Positions 17,828 to 27,166 of a stretch of DNA of 59,200 nt are shown here, in pieces (position 1 is the stretch's first letter; the number at the start of each line of letters is the position of its first letter). Made by a program: the position numbers and the translations under genes. Below the pieces are notes generated by a model. It ran no database searches and had not been told where the DNA came from. It saw only the letters and a program-made list of their open reading frames with translations. The stretch lies in the IMG/VR virus record IMGVR_UViG_3300025018_002313, one strand, 5' to 3'. The stretch is from a virus.

Positions 17828-19312
17828 CTAGAGTTGTACTTTTGCGTTTTGATTACCTAAATTAGCTAGACCGCCAACTAGCTTTTTAAAGTAATGAGGT
17901 ATTGCTCCACCTCGTTGAACCATATTCTCGTAATCCTGTGGTAGTAGGTATACTAATAGTCCAGGCTTTAAAAAGTATTCAATCATAATGTTATGAAAAG
18001 ATTTTGCCTGCTCCGGTGATACACGTAGCAGCGTCTCTCCTTCACCTTTAAAGCGAACCCCTATTCTTTGTGGTGCAGAATAAATTTCACCTCCTCTTTG
18101 TGTTCTCATAGCTTGTCTATAAGAAGCGCTACCTTTTGGAGTTGTACCTTCTGCTTCATGGATTACGCTCTCGTTGTATTCCATTTCTTGGTCGTAATTA
18201 AATCCGTGGGTTTTGTATACAGGTTCATCTGGCTCATTTTTAATTTCACTGGATGTTACATATTTTTCAAGTATCTGATACGGGGAAACACCCGCATTAT
18301 CACGAGCAGCAACTGTAATTCTATTTTCGATTACATTTACAAAGCACGGGAAGTCGTTAATCTCCACAGTATCCCTATTATTAGTTAACGTAAATGGCTG
18401 ACAGTTTAATGTTTTTCGTACATTAATGTCATCAAATATGCCCATTCCTGTTTCCGGGTCATAGTATATATCCTTTATATCATTTACAAAATTCGGAATA
18501 TTCTGATAAAATTTATTGGCTGCGGCTTTTTGATCAGGCCCTACATATCCAGCATCTAAAATAGCACTTTGTGATTTTAAAAATTTATTGACTCTCGACC
18601 AAACGTTATTAGGATTTGTATCTTTCTGAGTTCTACCAGGAGTGAACCATTCTTCAAACTCCGCTTGTATAGCTTCGAGGAACTGTCTCATAGAATCTTT
18701 TCGAAGTTTTACAGCCTGCTCTTCTGATATTTTTAACCCATTTCTACGAAATATTTCAGCTATTTCTTTTGCACGGGCAATACGATTTTGTGAATTGAGT
18801 TGAGGAGCAAGTTCAGTTTTTTGCTCTTTTATTATATCTTTAACAATATCATTGAAAACGGATTCCGGTACATCCATCATACCTGCTGGTCTATTAGATT
18901 GAGGTATATCTGGCGCGTATCTAATTCTTTTTTCACCTTCTTTTGGAGGTGTTGATACATCCATTTGCGGTATATTTTGAGCCGGTTGAAGTGCTTCTCC
19001 AGACCTACGCATTTGATCACATGCTTCATGGAATTTATCCAATGCTTCTTCATCATCCAGATTTCTCCAAGCGCCGAAACGATTTAAATAGTAGTATTTT
19101 CTATTCTGAAAGTCCCAACTACTTAGATTAAATGGAGTACGCGGTAGATTAATCTGCCGATTCCAGTATTTTACTTTATCACCAAATGTACTAACTTGCT
19201 GAGGTGTGGGTGGCATTTCAGTGGAAGCCGGCACACCTCCAGTAGGAATCGAAGGCGGTGCTGCTTCTTTTAGCTGTTGAGCTTTTTCACCGAATGTCTT
19301 TATTTCCACCAT
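17828..19312 (-). CDS. Hypothetical protein (494 aa)
   Basis: Long ORF with no recognised motif and a Pro-rich N terminus. Confidence 0.4.
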   Translation of the reverse strand: MVEIKTFGEKAQQLKEAAPPSIPTGGVPASTEMPPTPQQVSTFGDKVKYWNRQINLPRTPFNLSSWDFQNRKYYYLNRFGAWRNLDDEEALDKFHEACDQMRRSGEALQPAQNIPQMDVSTPPKEGEKRIRYAPDIPQSNRPAGMMDVPESVFNDIVKDIIKEQKTELAPQLNSQNRIARAKEIAEIFRRNGLKISEEQAVKLRKDSMRQFLEAIQAEFEEWFTPGRTQKDTNPNNVWSRVNKFLKSQSAILDAGYVGPDQKAAANKFYQNIPNFVNDIKDIYYDPETGMGIFDDINVRKTLNCQPFTLTNNRDTVEINDFPCFVNVIENRITVAARDNAGVSPYQILEKYVTSSEIKNEPDEPVYKTHGFNYDQEMEYNESVIHEAEGTTPKGSASYRQAMRTQRGGEIYSAPQRIGVRFKGEGETLLRVSPEQAKSFHNIMIEYFLKPGLLVYLLPQDYENMVQRGGAIPHYFKKLVGGLANLGNQNAKVQL

Positions 19313-20505
19313 TGTCTTTCTTCATCCTCGTCGTCCTCATCTCTGCGCTTACGAGGCCTACCATCTTCATCTTCATCTTCTTCATCACCAGGTAGTATAT
19401 CTTCATCTTCGCTTTTCCATGAGAGCGGCCTATCTGGGATGTCAAATTCCTCATCTTCTGCGTCAATATCCGTTGGATTAATAGATCCTTCTTCTTCGTC
19501 TGGTATAATATCGTCCTCTTCGTCGTCCATGTCAGAGCTTGGTTCAGGTATAATAGGCTCATCCAGGTCTATCTCTCCTTCGTCACCTATATCCGGATCA
19601 ATTTCTTCTCCAGATTCAACTGCCGAAGCCAGTGCATCTTTTCTTGCGCGTGCCGCGTATATTTGTTCTGCATCAGAATCACGCTGCTCGGCATATTCAG
19701 GGGCCGTTTTTAATGCTCCGGTTTCTGGATCTCTCTCGATTTGACCTGTTTTGATCTTATTCTTAATCAATTCACGTACAGAGTTCTGGTCATATGAATC
19801 TTTGACTGCAGGATCTCTTAAAATATCTCGAACAGTTGACCCGTTATCTGCGTGTTTCATTATTATGTGTTGCAGATCTTCATCAAGCATTGCATCTAAA
19901 TGTTGAACCATTTGTTCAAATCGCTTTTGTAGCTCATTTGCGGATATTGGTTCAGGTATAGTACCCATTTTATTTACTACGCCTCGTGGCGGCTTGATAG
20001 GTTTCGTGGCATTTGCAGGAGTTCCATTAGCTGGCATGCCTGGGGATACAAAAACGCTCTTGGCGTTCGGTGTTCTACCAGTCGGTGGTAACAGAAGATT
20101 TCCGATAACACGGACAGTATAGCCTGTGTTCGCTTTGTCTGGTTTTCCCCAGTCCAATACTTTTGTCTGGTAGTCTTCTACCATTTTCTGTATATCTTTA
20201 GTTAACTTTTCTAGTGAAACTGGCTTATTTTTATATCTACGAATAAGTTGATTAGCAATCCAGTTTAAAGCACGAATCTGACGACGAATACTTTGTGGAT
20301 CCCCGGGTGATAAGCCTAGCTTTTCTTCAGCTTTTTGTGCGATGTATAATTTAGTTCCTTTTGATGGGTCACTTGGATCACGTAAGACGTCATCAGGTGT
20401 AAAGACTGGAGAGGCGTTGCCGAGTATTAGATCAGCGAATTTCGTTCCCTTTGCAGTACCTTCATTCAGAACAATCTTACACATTTTATTAAACGTCATT
20501 GACAT
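19300..20505 (-). CDS. Hypothetical protein with an extremely acidic D/E-rich C-terminal tail
   Basis: 401 aa. The last 90 or so residues are dominated by D/E (EEIDPDIGDEGEIDLDEPIIPEPSSDMDDEEDD...). Confidence 0.45.
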   Translation of the reverse strand: MSMTFNKMCKIVLNEGTAKGTKFADLILGNASPVFTPDDVLRDPSDPSKGTKLYIAQKAEEKLGLSPGDPQSIRRQIRALNWIANQLIRRYKNKPVSLEKLTKDIQKMVEDYQTKVLDWGKPDKANTGYTVRVIGNLLLPPTGRTPNAKSVFVSPGMPANGTPANATKPIKPPRGVVNKMGTIPEPISANELQKRFEQMVQHLDAMLDEDLQHIIMKHADNGSTVRDILRDPAVKDSYDQNSVRELIKNKIKTGQIERDPETGALKTAPEYAEQRDSDAEQIYAARARKDALASAVESGEEIDPDIGDEGEIDLDEPIIPEPSSDMDDEEDDIIPDEEEGSINPTDIDAEDEEFDIPDRPLSWKSEDEDILPGDEEDEDEDGRPRKRRDEDDEDEERQWWK

Positions 20506-20586
20506 ATTAGTTCTCCTTTAGTAGTTATTACTTATTTCTTTAAATATTTATGATTACCCATCTTCAAAACCGCTTAACAACCGATA

Positions 20587-21273
20587 TTATCTTATACCGA
20601 ACACTTCACGAGCAAGAGCTTTTCCAGTTTCATCAAGTTTATTTGGATCGAGAAGAGTGTCCTCCTCGCCGTATATGTTCCCTTTGTCGTTAATATAGAA
20701 CTGCGCAAGCTTTATTCGCTCCTCCGGAGAGCCGAAAATTTCAATTATAGCCGGGCAACCTAAGTCGTTGTCAAACGGAAAATACACTTTTGAGTGTTTA
20801 TTATATGCATCCATTAACGATTTAAACAATATGTCTACTTCATTACGAAAGACAGGATCAATACTTCGTTGAGGTGCTTCTTCGATATTAACTGGTGAGT
20901 GTTTAGTGATAGGGCAAAATAGGATAATATCAAAAAAGACTAATGTCTCTCTTGCGATATTAATTGACTCTTTTACGAATGAATCAGATACTTTACCTTT
21001 TGCATTGAGCCACATACTATAGACGATGTTGTCTAATACACATCGATTAAAAATTATATGATCTCCTTTTGCAGTTGTTACTTCATCTACTAACGCATCT
21101 AGAATCGCCCGCTGAGATGCTTCGGTACCGCTTTCGTTGATCGATAAATTTTCTTCATTAATGGTATCTCTGTATGTCCTGATAGGGGATTTATACATCG
21201 GCCACTGTTTTTTAAAATCTTCTATAAACGTTGTTTTTCCTATACATTGTGTTCCAATTACTGCTATTTTCAT
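20587..21273 (-). CDS. P-loop NTPase / small-molecule kinase-like protein (NadR-kinase / AAA_28-like), paralog A
   Basis: 228 aa. Walker A GTQCIGKTT. Shares motifs with the 55270..55920 paralog (NRCVLDNIVYS versus DRCALDGLVYT; SIDPVFRN versus SVSPSFRN). Confidence 0.5.
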   Translation of the reverse strand: MKIAVIGTQCIGKTTFIEDFKKQWPMYKSPIRTYRDTINEENLSINESGTEASQRAILDALVDEVTTAKGDHIIFNRCVLDNIVYSMWLNAKGKVSDSFVKESINIARETLVFFDIILFCPITKHSPVNIEEAPQRSIDPVFRNEVDILFKSLMDAYNKHSKVYFPFDNDLGCPAIIEIFGSPEERIKLAQFYINDKGNIYGEEDTLLDPNKLDETGKALAREVFGIR

Positions 21274-21327
21274 ATTACTCCTTAAATTGTTTTTCTAAAT
21301 AATTACTTATATTGAATCCTAGCTTTT

Positions 21328-21657
21328 CTACGGTGTTCCGAACATAATCAACCGATCCTCATAGTAATCTTTAAAAGTTTCTATTGCATGTTTGTTACAT
21401 AAATCATACTCATCAACTAATATATGTTTTGGAATATGAAGCGGTGCGAAATCTTCAAATAATACACCGAACTTTATAATATTTGTATTATTTGTTGGTA
21501 TATTTATCCGGTGTATTCTGTATTTTATGTGATCTATCATACCTAAATTGCAACCTAATATCCATATCGGAGTATCACCGAACATAGTATACATATCAAC
21601 TAAGCTAACTAATTGATATGTTTTACCAGCTCTTCTAGGTAAATTATAAATCTTCAT
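21328..21657 (-). CDS. Hypothetical protein
   Basis: 109 aa ORF. Confidence 0.3.
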   Translation of the reverse strand: MKIYNLPRRAGKTYQLVSLVDMYTMFGDTPIWILGCNLGMIDHIKYRIHRINIPTNNTNIIKFGVLFEDFAPLHIPKHILVDEYDLCNKHAIETFKDYYEDRLIMFGTP

Positions 21658-22883
21658 TTACAAAATTTGTTCTTCAACTCTTCATACCGCTTATACCCGA
21701 GGGTGTACTCTAAAAGAGTAAGCCTAATAGTTCCAACATATCCCGAATCAAGCGTTACTAATATATTACATACATTCTTAACTTCGTTTTTTACCGCATT
21801 TATTGATAGTCCTGTCGGATTGATAGTCAAAAGCTGCTCTAGATAAAATTCGAATGCTTCTTTTGACTTTTTGATTATATTTTCAATAGTATAGCCACTT
21901 TCTTTCATAGCATCTTGACTTATTATATCTAGTATAGAAGCTTCAGATACCGAATCCAGACCTTCAGCTACCTCTAAAACCTTCTGTTCCTGTTTATCGG
22001 TATTGATTAATATATCAGCTCCATTAAAAACTTGCTCCACAAGAGTCTTAAATAGTTGTTTACGTTGGTTCTTCATAGCATCAGAGCCTGCCCATTCTTC
22101 AGCACGCACAGCACCAAAGCCATCCATATCTACTACTTTAATTTTTATACCGTTTAATCGATTCTCCAATATTATACCTTCTATTTGTTCTGCTCCTAAA
22201 TGAGATGGAATCTTATAAAAGCTATCGATAAATCTCTTCTTCCATTGTTGCAACATATCTTTATAATGTTCTACAGCTTTAGCTTTGCACTCTAAGGAAG
22301 CAGCGTCTCGCTTACGAGATAGTAGGCTCTCCTCTCTATCTACCATAAATTCATATAGAGCTTTTACAAACTCCTTGACCTCTAAATACTGTGCGTTATT
22401 TTGCTTACTAAAAACTCTCCAATCATCACAGAAGGCTTTTGAAATCTCATAATGAATTTGTTCATCAGTATCATCAAAAATAAACAATGCACCCGGACCA
22501 ATCACCACTGGATTGTATCTTATAATATTCGGTTTCGGAATAGGTACAAGCTCTCCGAATAATTGTTCAATCCCATATTTATTAAAAATTGAAACTAATT
22601 TTACTTCATGTTTAATAACAACATCAAGAAATCTTGCAAACTCGTTCATCAATGAAGTTTCAAATTTCTCTGCTAAGTTACGAAATATCTTTGGATCTCT
22701 AGTCGGCTCTGCTTTCTTTGTTTTTATATATATTTGGCCATTAATGAGACAAATAGACACATTTGCACCATCAATCTTCTCAGAAGCAGAGTAATGAGTA
22801 CTACCCAGATTACTACAAAATTTCATTGCAACGGAATAAGGTAACTGATCAATGTGATAAATACTAGTCATTCGTTCTATCAT
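21654..22883 (-). CDS. RNA ligase, Rnl2-like nucleotidyltransferase
   Basis: 409 aa. Motif I SEKIDGANVSI matches T4 Rnl2 EKIHGTNFSL (KxDG lysine-adenylate motif). Confidence 0.5.
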   Translation of the reverse strand: MIERMTSIYHIDQLPYSVAMKFCSNLGSTHYSASEKIDGANVSICLINGQIYIKTKKAEPTRDPKIFRNLAEKFETSLMNEFARFLDVVIKHEVKLVSIFNKYGIEQLFGELVPIPKPNIIRYNPVVIGPGALFIFDDTDEQIHYEISKAFCDDWRVFSKQNNAQYLEVKEFVKALYEFMVDREESLLSRKRDAASLECKAKAVEHYKDMLQQWKKRFIDSFYKIPSHLGAEQIEGIILENRLNGIKIKVVDMDGFGAVRAEEWAGSDAMKNQRKQLFKTLVEQVFNGADILINTDKQEQKVLEVAEGLDSVSEASILDIISQDAMKESGYTIENIIKKSKEAFEFYLEQLLTINPTGLSINAVKNEVKNVCNILVTLDSGYVGTIRLTLLEYTLGYKRYEELKNKFCK

Positions 22884-24021
22884 ATTCTACTCCTTCAAAA
22901 TACGGTTTCATAAACTCAACAGTGAGATCCGCTTCTTCATTTGATAATTGACCACCAGCAGTTGCGGTCGGTCTTTTTCGATTAAGAGTCTTGATTACTT
23001 GATCCCAAATAGCTTGTCGGCGTGGTTGATCAAAATTCTTGATATATTCGAGCATATGACACGAATGATACATTCGCCACCCTTCATCTACTCCGATTAT
23101 TCTTGCTATTTTACTTAGAGGTTCTGACTCTAGGTAACCATCGTTAAAATTAGACTGATACATCACAGCGTAATATGACTGATCAATATGATCATCATCC
23201 GGAAATATATCTGCACCTTCCACATTGAAAGCAGTTTTTAGCTCTTTACCGTTCTTATCTATTTTACGATAGACTGCAATTAATTTCAGATATTCATGAC
23301 CTAGTGACCATCTAATATCTTCTAGCAATAACACTTCACCTTCTTTTGCTTTACATACCTTATAGACGAGACCTTTGTTTTCTTTTAGATCTTGTTGAAA
23401 TCTCGTCTTTGTATCAATATCTACAGGCTGGGTCTTTGTGATGGATGTAGATAATATATCCCTGAGTAGTCCTTTGATTCCCATTGATAGATCTATCCAA
23501 CTACTAAATTGATTGTATTCTTTCTGTATTCTATCATGCTTTACATCGACAAAGTCAATTTGAATAACTCGGCTTGGATACCAATAATTACTAATACATG
23601 CAACATTCACTTCATATGATCCGCATAATTTATATGCTATTTCTTTAGGATAATAGTTCTTTAAACACTCACCTACCTCTTTCGGTGTACCTATCATCTC
23701 TACGTCAACATCGACATCACCAAACGACTGTTTTTTTGCCAGAGCTTTTTCATATATAGCCCGTGTTTCTAGCTGTGTCGGCTGATCAAATCCACCTAAT
23801 TCATGTGCAATCAGTCTTGTGGATCCGAGAGTAAATTTCGGATCTCTACCAGTAATCAGCCCCTCTTTCCTTAGTATTGATATAAACATATCAATTGTAC
23901 CTTTAATATGTTCTAGAGTGTCTGGATCTCTATCAATGCGACCAACTTCAATACATTCATCGGTTAGTGTTTCTAATTCTGACAACATACTTGATGCTGC
24001 TGCTTTAACATGAACTGTCAT
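22864..24021 (-). CDS. Hypothetical protein adjacent to the RNA ligase (possible RNA-repair partner)
   Basis: 385 aa with no P-loop and no KxDG. Overlaps the RNA ligase gene by 20 nt, which suggests co-expression. Confidence 0.35.
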   Translation of the reverse strand: MTVHVKAAASSMLSELETLTDECIEVGRIDRDPDTLEHIKGTIDMFISILRKEGLITGRDPKFTLGSTRLIAHELGGFDQPTQLETRAIYEKALAKKQSFGDVDVDVEMIGTPKEVGECLKNYYPKEIAYKLCGSYEVNVACISNYWYPSRVIQIDFVDVKHDRIQKEYNQFSSWIDLSMGIKGLLRDILSTSITKTQPVDIDTKTRFQQDLKENKGLVYKVCKAKEGEVLLLEDIRWSLGHEYLKLIAVYRKIDKNGKELKTAFNVEGADIFPDDDHIDQSYYAVMYQSNFNDGYLESEPLSKIARIIGVDEGWRMYHSCHMLEYIKNFDQPRRQAIWDQVIKTLNRKRPTATAGGQLSNEEADLTVEFMKPYFEGVEYDRTND

Positions 24022-25518
24022 TTAATACTCCAAATATATTTCTACTCCAACAGGACTCTGGCCACCAAGGCTCAAATTCGTTCTTAATTCGAAAGATACT
24101 TGAGTGTATATGATCTCAAAAGCATTTGCAATAGAAATATTATTATCCGGTAAATGAATAATCAGTGATGATTTAGTTTTGTCATTTATAAAGTGAATAT
24201 CAGTAAATTTATTATCTAACCAATAGCATAGCGTATGTATCGTTATCATCAATCGTTCCAGTGTATCTCTGTGACGCAACTCATCCACTGTATGATAGAA
24301 GAAGAATTGATATATACCGTCTAGTAGTTGCTCTTGCTGGTGAGCAGATAGTTTGTGATTTCTACACTCAAAGAATCCATCTAATAATTGCTTTGTTGTT
24401 AGTTTTATACAATCTGATAAAAAGAATCCTTTTACTGCTTGCGGAAAGGTAAACCTCTTATCTTTAGATACTTTATATGTTTGAAAGTTCGTTTGTTTAA
24501 GTTGTTGCGTTTTTTCATATAACCTCTTCAGCATTTTTAATTCACTTATATTAATCCCTGTACCAGTACCTGTTATCGGTACTTCGTTACCTCCTATATT
24601 CCAGACGAATCGTTTAATAATGCGTAAGTTGTCTAGTGCTCTCTGTGTTGCAATCTTGATAGGTTTACCGTTTGTCTCTCTCTGGTATATTTCATTTGTA
24701 ATTCTATATGCTACTAACTTAATTCGATCTCTTATATTACTTCTCTTCTGTCTATACATCGCCCATACTTTGTCTTTTTCATCAGATTCCGTCTTCTTGT
24801 CGATGTCATACATTATAATGCGCTGAAATTCTCCGCAATCCATATCAAGTATACTTGATAATCTCTTAGGAGCATGCTCTGCAAAATATTGCGATCCAAC
24901 TTTCCCGTTACATCCCTTTATTTCAATCTCACGAGAGTTATCAGGTAATTTTAGATCACCTACATTTGCCTTCATTGCTCCTGTTAGTAACGTCAGACAA
25001 ACTTCCCCGCTTCCTATATTATTTCCACCTAATGAAAATTTAATATTCCATGTAGCATCAATAAAGAGATTAATATCTTTAGTTAAATCTTCATAGAAAT
25101 ATAATGTTATTTGTTTACACAAAAACTCTCTTAGATCAAAAATACCATTCTTATTAATTAACCTTTTATACACAGTGGTAAAGTATTGAGGATCCTTCAA
25201 CTGTGCTCTTATAATTTTATCCAGGATAAGTACAGGAATTCTAGAATTTACTAATTTGTTATACACAATTCCTATCGGACCAGTATCTGTATGCACAGAA
25301 ATTGTATTCAGATATTCTTTTATATCTTTAACAGCACTTGGTACAATGATCCAGCCGCTGTTATATAGTAAGTGCTTAAGATTAGTATCGAGGTCGTGTG
25401 CTTGCTTTAAGCGAATATGCCGCTTCAGGAGACCATAGTAGTCTTCATCTACTTTACCAATGAATTCTTGGTCTTCTTGAAGTCTTTTGCCGTAAATAGA
25501 AATAGGGAAATCTTGCAT
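24022..25518 (-). CDS. Hypothetical protein (498 aa)
   Basis: Long ORF with no recognised motif. Confidence 0.4.
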   Translation of the reverse strand: MQDFPISIYGKRLQEDQEFIGKVDEDYYGLLKRHIRLKQAHDLDTNLKHLLYNSGWIIVPSAVKDIKEYLNTISVHTDTGPIGIVYNKLVNSRIPVLILDKIIRAQLKDPQYFTTVYKRLINKNGIFDLREFLCKQITLYFYEDLTKDINLFIDATWNIKFSLGGNNIGSGEVCLTLLTGAMKANVGDLKLPDNSREIEIKGCNGKVGSQYFAEHAPKRLSSILDMDCGEFQRIIMYDIDKKTESDEKDKVWAMYRQKRSNIRDRIKLVAYRITNEIYQRETNGKPIKIATQRALDNLRIIKRFVWNIGGNEVPITGTGTGINISELKMLKRLYEKTQQLKQTNFQTYKVSKDKRFTFPQAVKGFFLSDCIKLTTKQLLDGFFECRNHKLSAHQQEQLLDGIYQFFFYHTVDELRHRDTLERLMITIHTLCYWLDNKFTDIHFINDKTKSSLIIHLPDNNISIANAFEIIYTQVSFELRTNLSLGGQSPVGVEIYLEY

Positions 25519-25569
25519 CTCATTAAGATATGCAAGATTTCTGGGAATTCAAGTGTATATTTTTGAATA

Positions 25570-26091
25570 TTAGTCGACGCCAGGTCCAGCCGGACCTGCC
25601 ATTCCGGTGCCACCTCCAGCGGTATTAGGCTCTTGTCTTTGTGTACTAATAACATCTTTAAGTGTTCCGTGTAATTGCTGGAAAGTCTGCTTTAATTCGT
25701 CTTTAACATCCAATACTAATTGTAACCGTTCATATAGATTCGAATAAAAGCGCTTGAATCCTTCTTTATCTTTAATTTTTACAGCCCCAACACCGAACGT
25801 ATCAATCCAATCAGAAAACATCTCAGGGGAAACACCTTCTTCTGGATCAACCAACATACCTAGAGTCTCCTCTGTATATGCAATCGGATCGGCTTCCTTC
25901 TTTACTTCATTTCCCATATCCTCTTCCGGTGGTGCACCACCTTCGCCTCCCATTCCAGGCAATGCACTACCTTCACCGCCACCCATATCCATTGGAGGTT
26001 CTCCGCCTCCCATATCCATCGGTGGAGTGTTTGGATCCTGTTCTAATAGAATCTCAGCGGCTTCTTTTATTAGCTGTTCAAAATTACTCAT
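25570..26091 (-). CDS. Low-complexity repeat protein (PPMDMGGGE repeats), paralog of the next gene
   Basis: 173 aa. The N terminus MSNFEQLIKEAAEILLEQ parallels MSKFEELLRQKSIEILGE of the 26091..26588 gene. Internal PPMDMGGGE duplication. Confidence 0.45.
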   Translation of the reverse strand: MSNFEQLIKEAAEILLEQDPNTPPMDMGGGEPPMDMGGGEGSALPGMGGEGGAPPEEDMGNEVKKEADPIAYTEETLGMLVDPEEGVSPEMFSDWIDTFGVGAVKIKDKEGFKRFYSNLYERLQLVLDVKDELKQTFQQLHGTLKDVISTQRQEPNTAGGGTGMAGPAGPGVD

Positions 26092-26588
26092 TATCTGCTC
26101 CTATTCGCTGCAGCTGTTGTTGCTTGTGCTGGCTGTGTGTTGGTTGCAGTAGCACCTGGAGTTGCTTGACCTTGTGGTGTACTTGTCGTAGTACTTTGAG
26201 CTTGCTGCTGACCTTGCTGTTGTGCTTGTGGATTATAAACGAACCCTTGTTGTGGATCGTATCCGAGATTTGTAAAAAACTCATTCATACCCGGGACATT
26301 ACCTGCATTTTTAATAGCTGTGTTCAGTACTTGAGCTGCTTGTTGGCCATTCTTCATTGGCATTTGTTGTAATGCCTTTGTCAGAAAAGATTCAGGTCCT
26401 TGTTGTTCTGTCGACTGAGCTTGCTGTTGACCAGGTTGTGGTTGTTGTTGCTGACCTGGTTGTACCTGCTGTTGACCAGGCTGTCCTGGTTGCTGTCCTG
26501 GTTGCTGTCCTGGTTGCACCTGTTGCACAGGTGCTTCTCCTAAAATCTCTATAGACTTCTGTCTTAATAGTTCTTCGAATTTACTCAT
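26091..26588 (-). CDS. Low-complexity repeat protein (PGQQ repeats)
   Basis: 165 aa with a (PGQQ)n tract and a Q/T/A-rich tail. Its start/stop abuts the paralog. Confidence 0.45.
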   Translation of the reverse strand: MSKFEELLRQKSIEILGEAPVQQVQPGQQPGQQPGQPGQQQVQPGQQQQPQPGQQQAQSTEQQGPESFLTKALQQMPMKNGQQAAQVLNTAIKNAGNVPGMNEFFTNLGYDPQQGFVYNPQAQQQGQQQAQSTTTSTPQGQATPGATATNTQPAQATTAAANRSR

Positions 26589-26608
26589 TATTTGCTCCTT
26601 TGAAATAT

Positions 26609-27166
26609 TTATTGTGATCCGTATAAAAGTTTTCTAAACTCAGATGATATATAGTATGTATTTGTTAGATATGTCAATCCATTCTTCTTTGAAAATTGTT
26701 TTAGCTTCTTTGTTGTTATCGGTTTAATCGAGTGTGTACTTACTAACATTGACATAATATTTAAAGTATCAATAGTCTCGCCTATAAGTTCATCTAAGTT
26801 AACGACATCGTCACTACAAAAAATTGGAAATGGTAAATGTTCTTTTAAGTTCTTGAAAGATGTATATACAAACTGTGTTATATCTTTACGATCAATAAAA
26901 TTCCATATTTCATAGTTATTTAAACTAAATGTAGGATCAACCAATAATATCTTATTCTTATTTAAAATAGTCCGCATATAATCACAAGTCTCTTTAATTA
27001 AATAATGCAAAAAATATCGCTTGCAATCCGGATTAAATGATATATAATTATTATTAGTAGTAGTAAGGCGAGTACTGTTTAGTGTTAATAGCTGGACTGA
27101 TTCAAATATCTTATCAAATTTTACTACAGTTATATCAAATTCATTGAATCTACGAAAGTTGTTCAT
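26609..27166 (-). CDS. Hypothetical protein
   Basis: 185 aa ORF. Confidence 0.3.
   Translation of the reverse strand: MNNFRRFNEFDITVVKFDKIFESVQLLTLNSTRLTTTNNNYISFNPDCKRYFLHYLIKETCDYMRTILNKNKILLVDPTFSLNNYEIWNFIDRKDITQFVYTSFKNLKEHLPFPIFCSDDVVNLDELIGETIDTLNIMSMLVSTHSIKPITTKKLKQFSKKNGLTYLTNTYYISSEFRKLLYGSQ

Noticed and set aside
19277-19744. 155-aa plus-strand Ser-rich ORF (SSSSSS runs)
   Set aside because: Antisense to the GA-rich codons of the poly-acidic tail of the 19300..20505 gene. A compositional artefact.
25754-26554. Plus-strand ORFs 25754..26152, 25878..26372 and 26357..26554
   Set aside because: Antisense or alternative frames through the low-complexity PGQQ and PPMDMGGGE repeat genes. 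No start context and no recognisable protein features.
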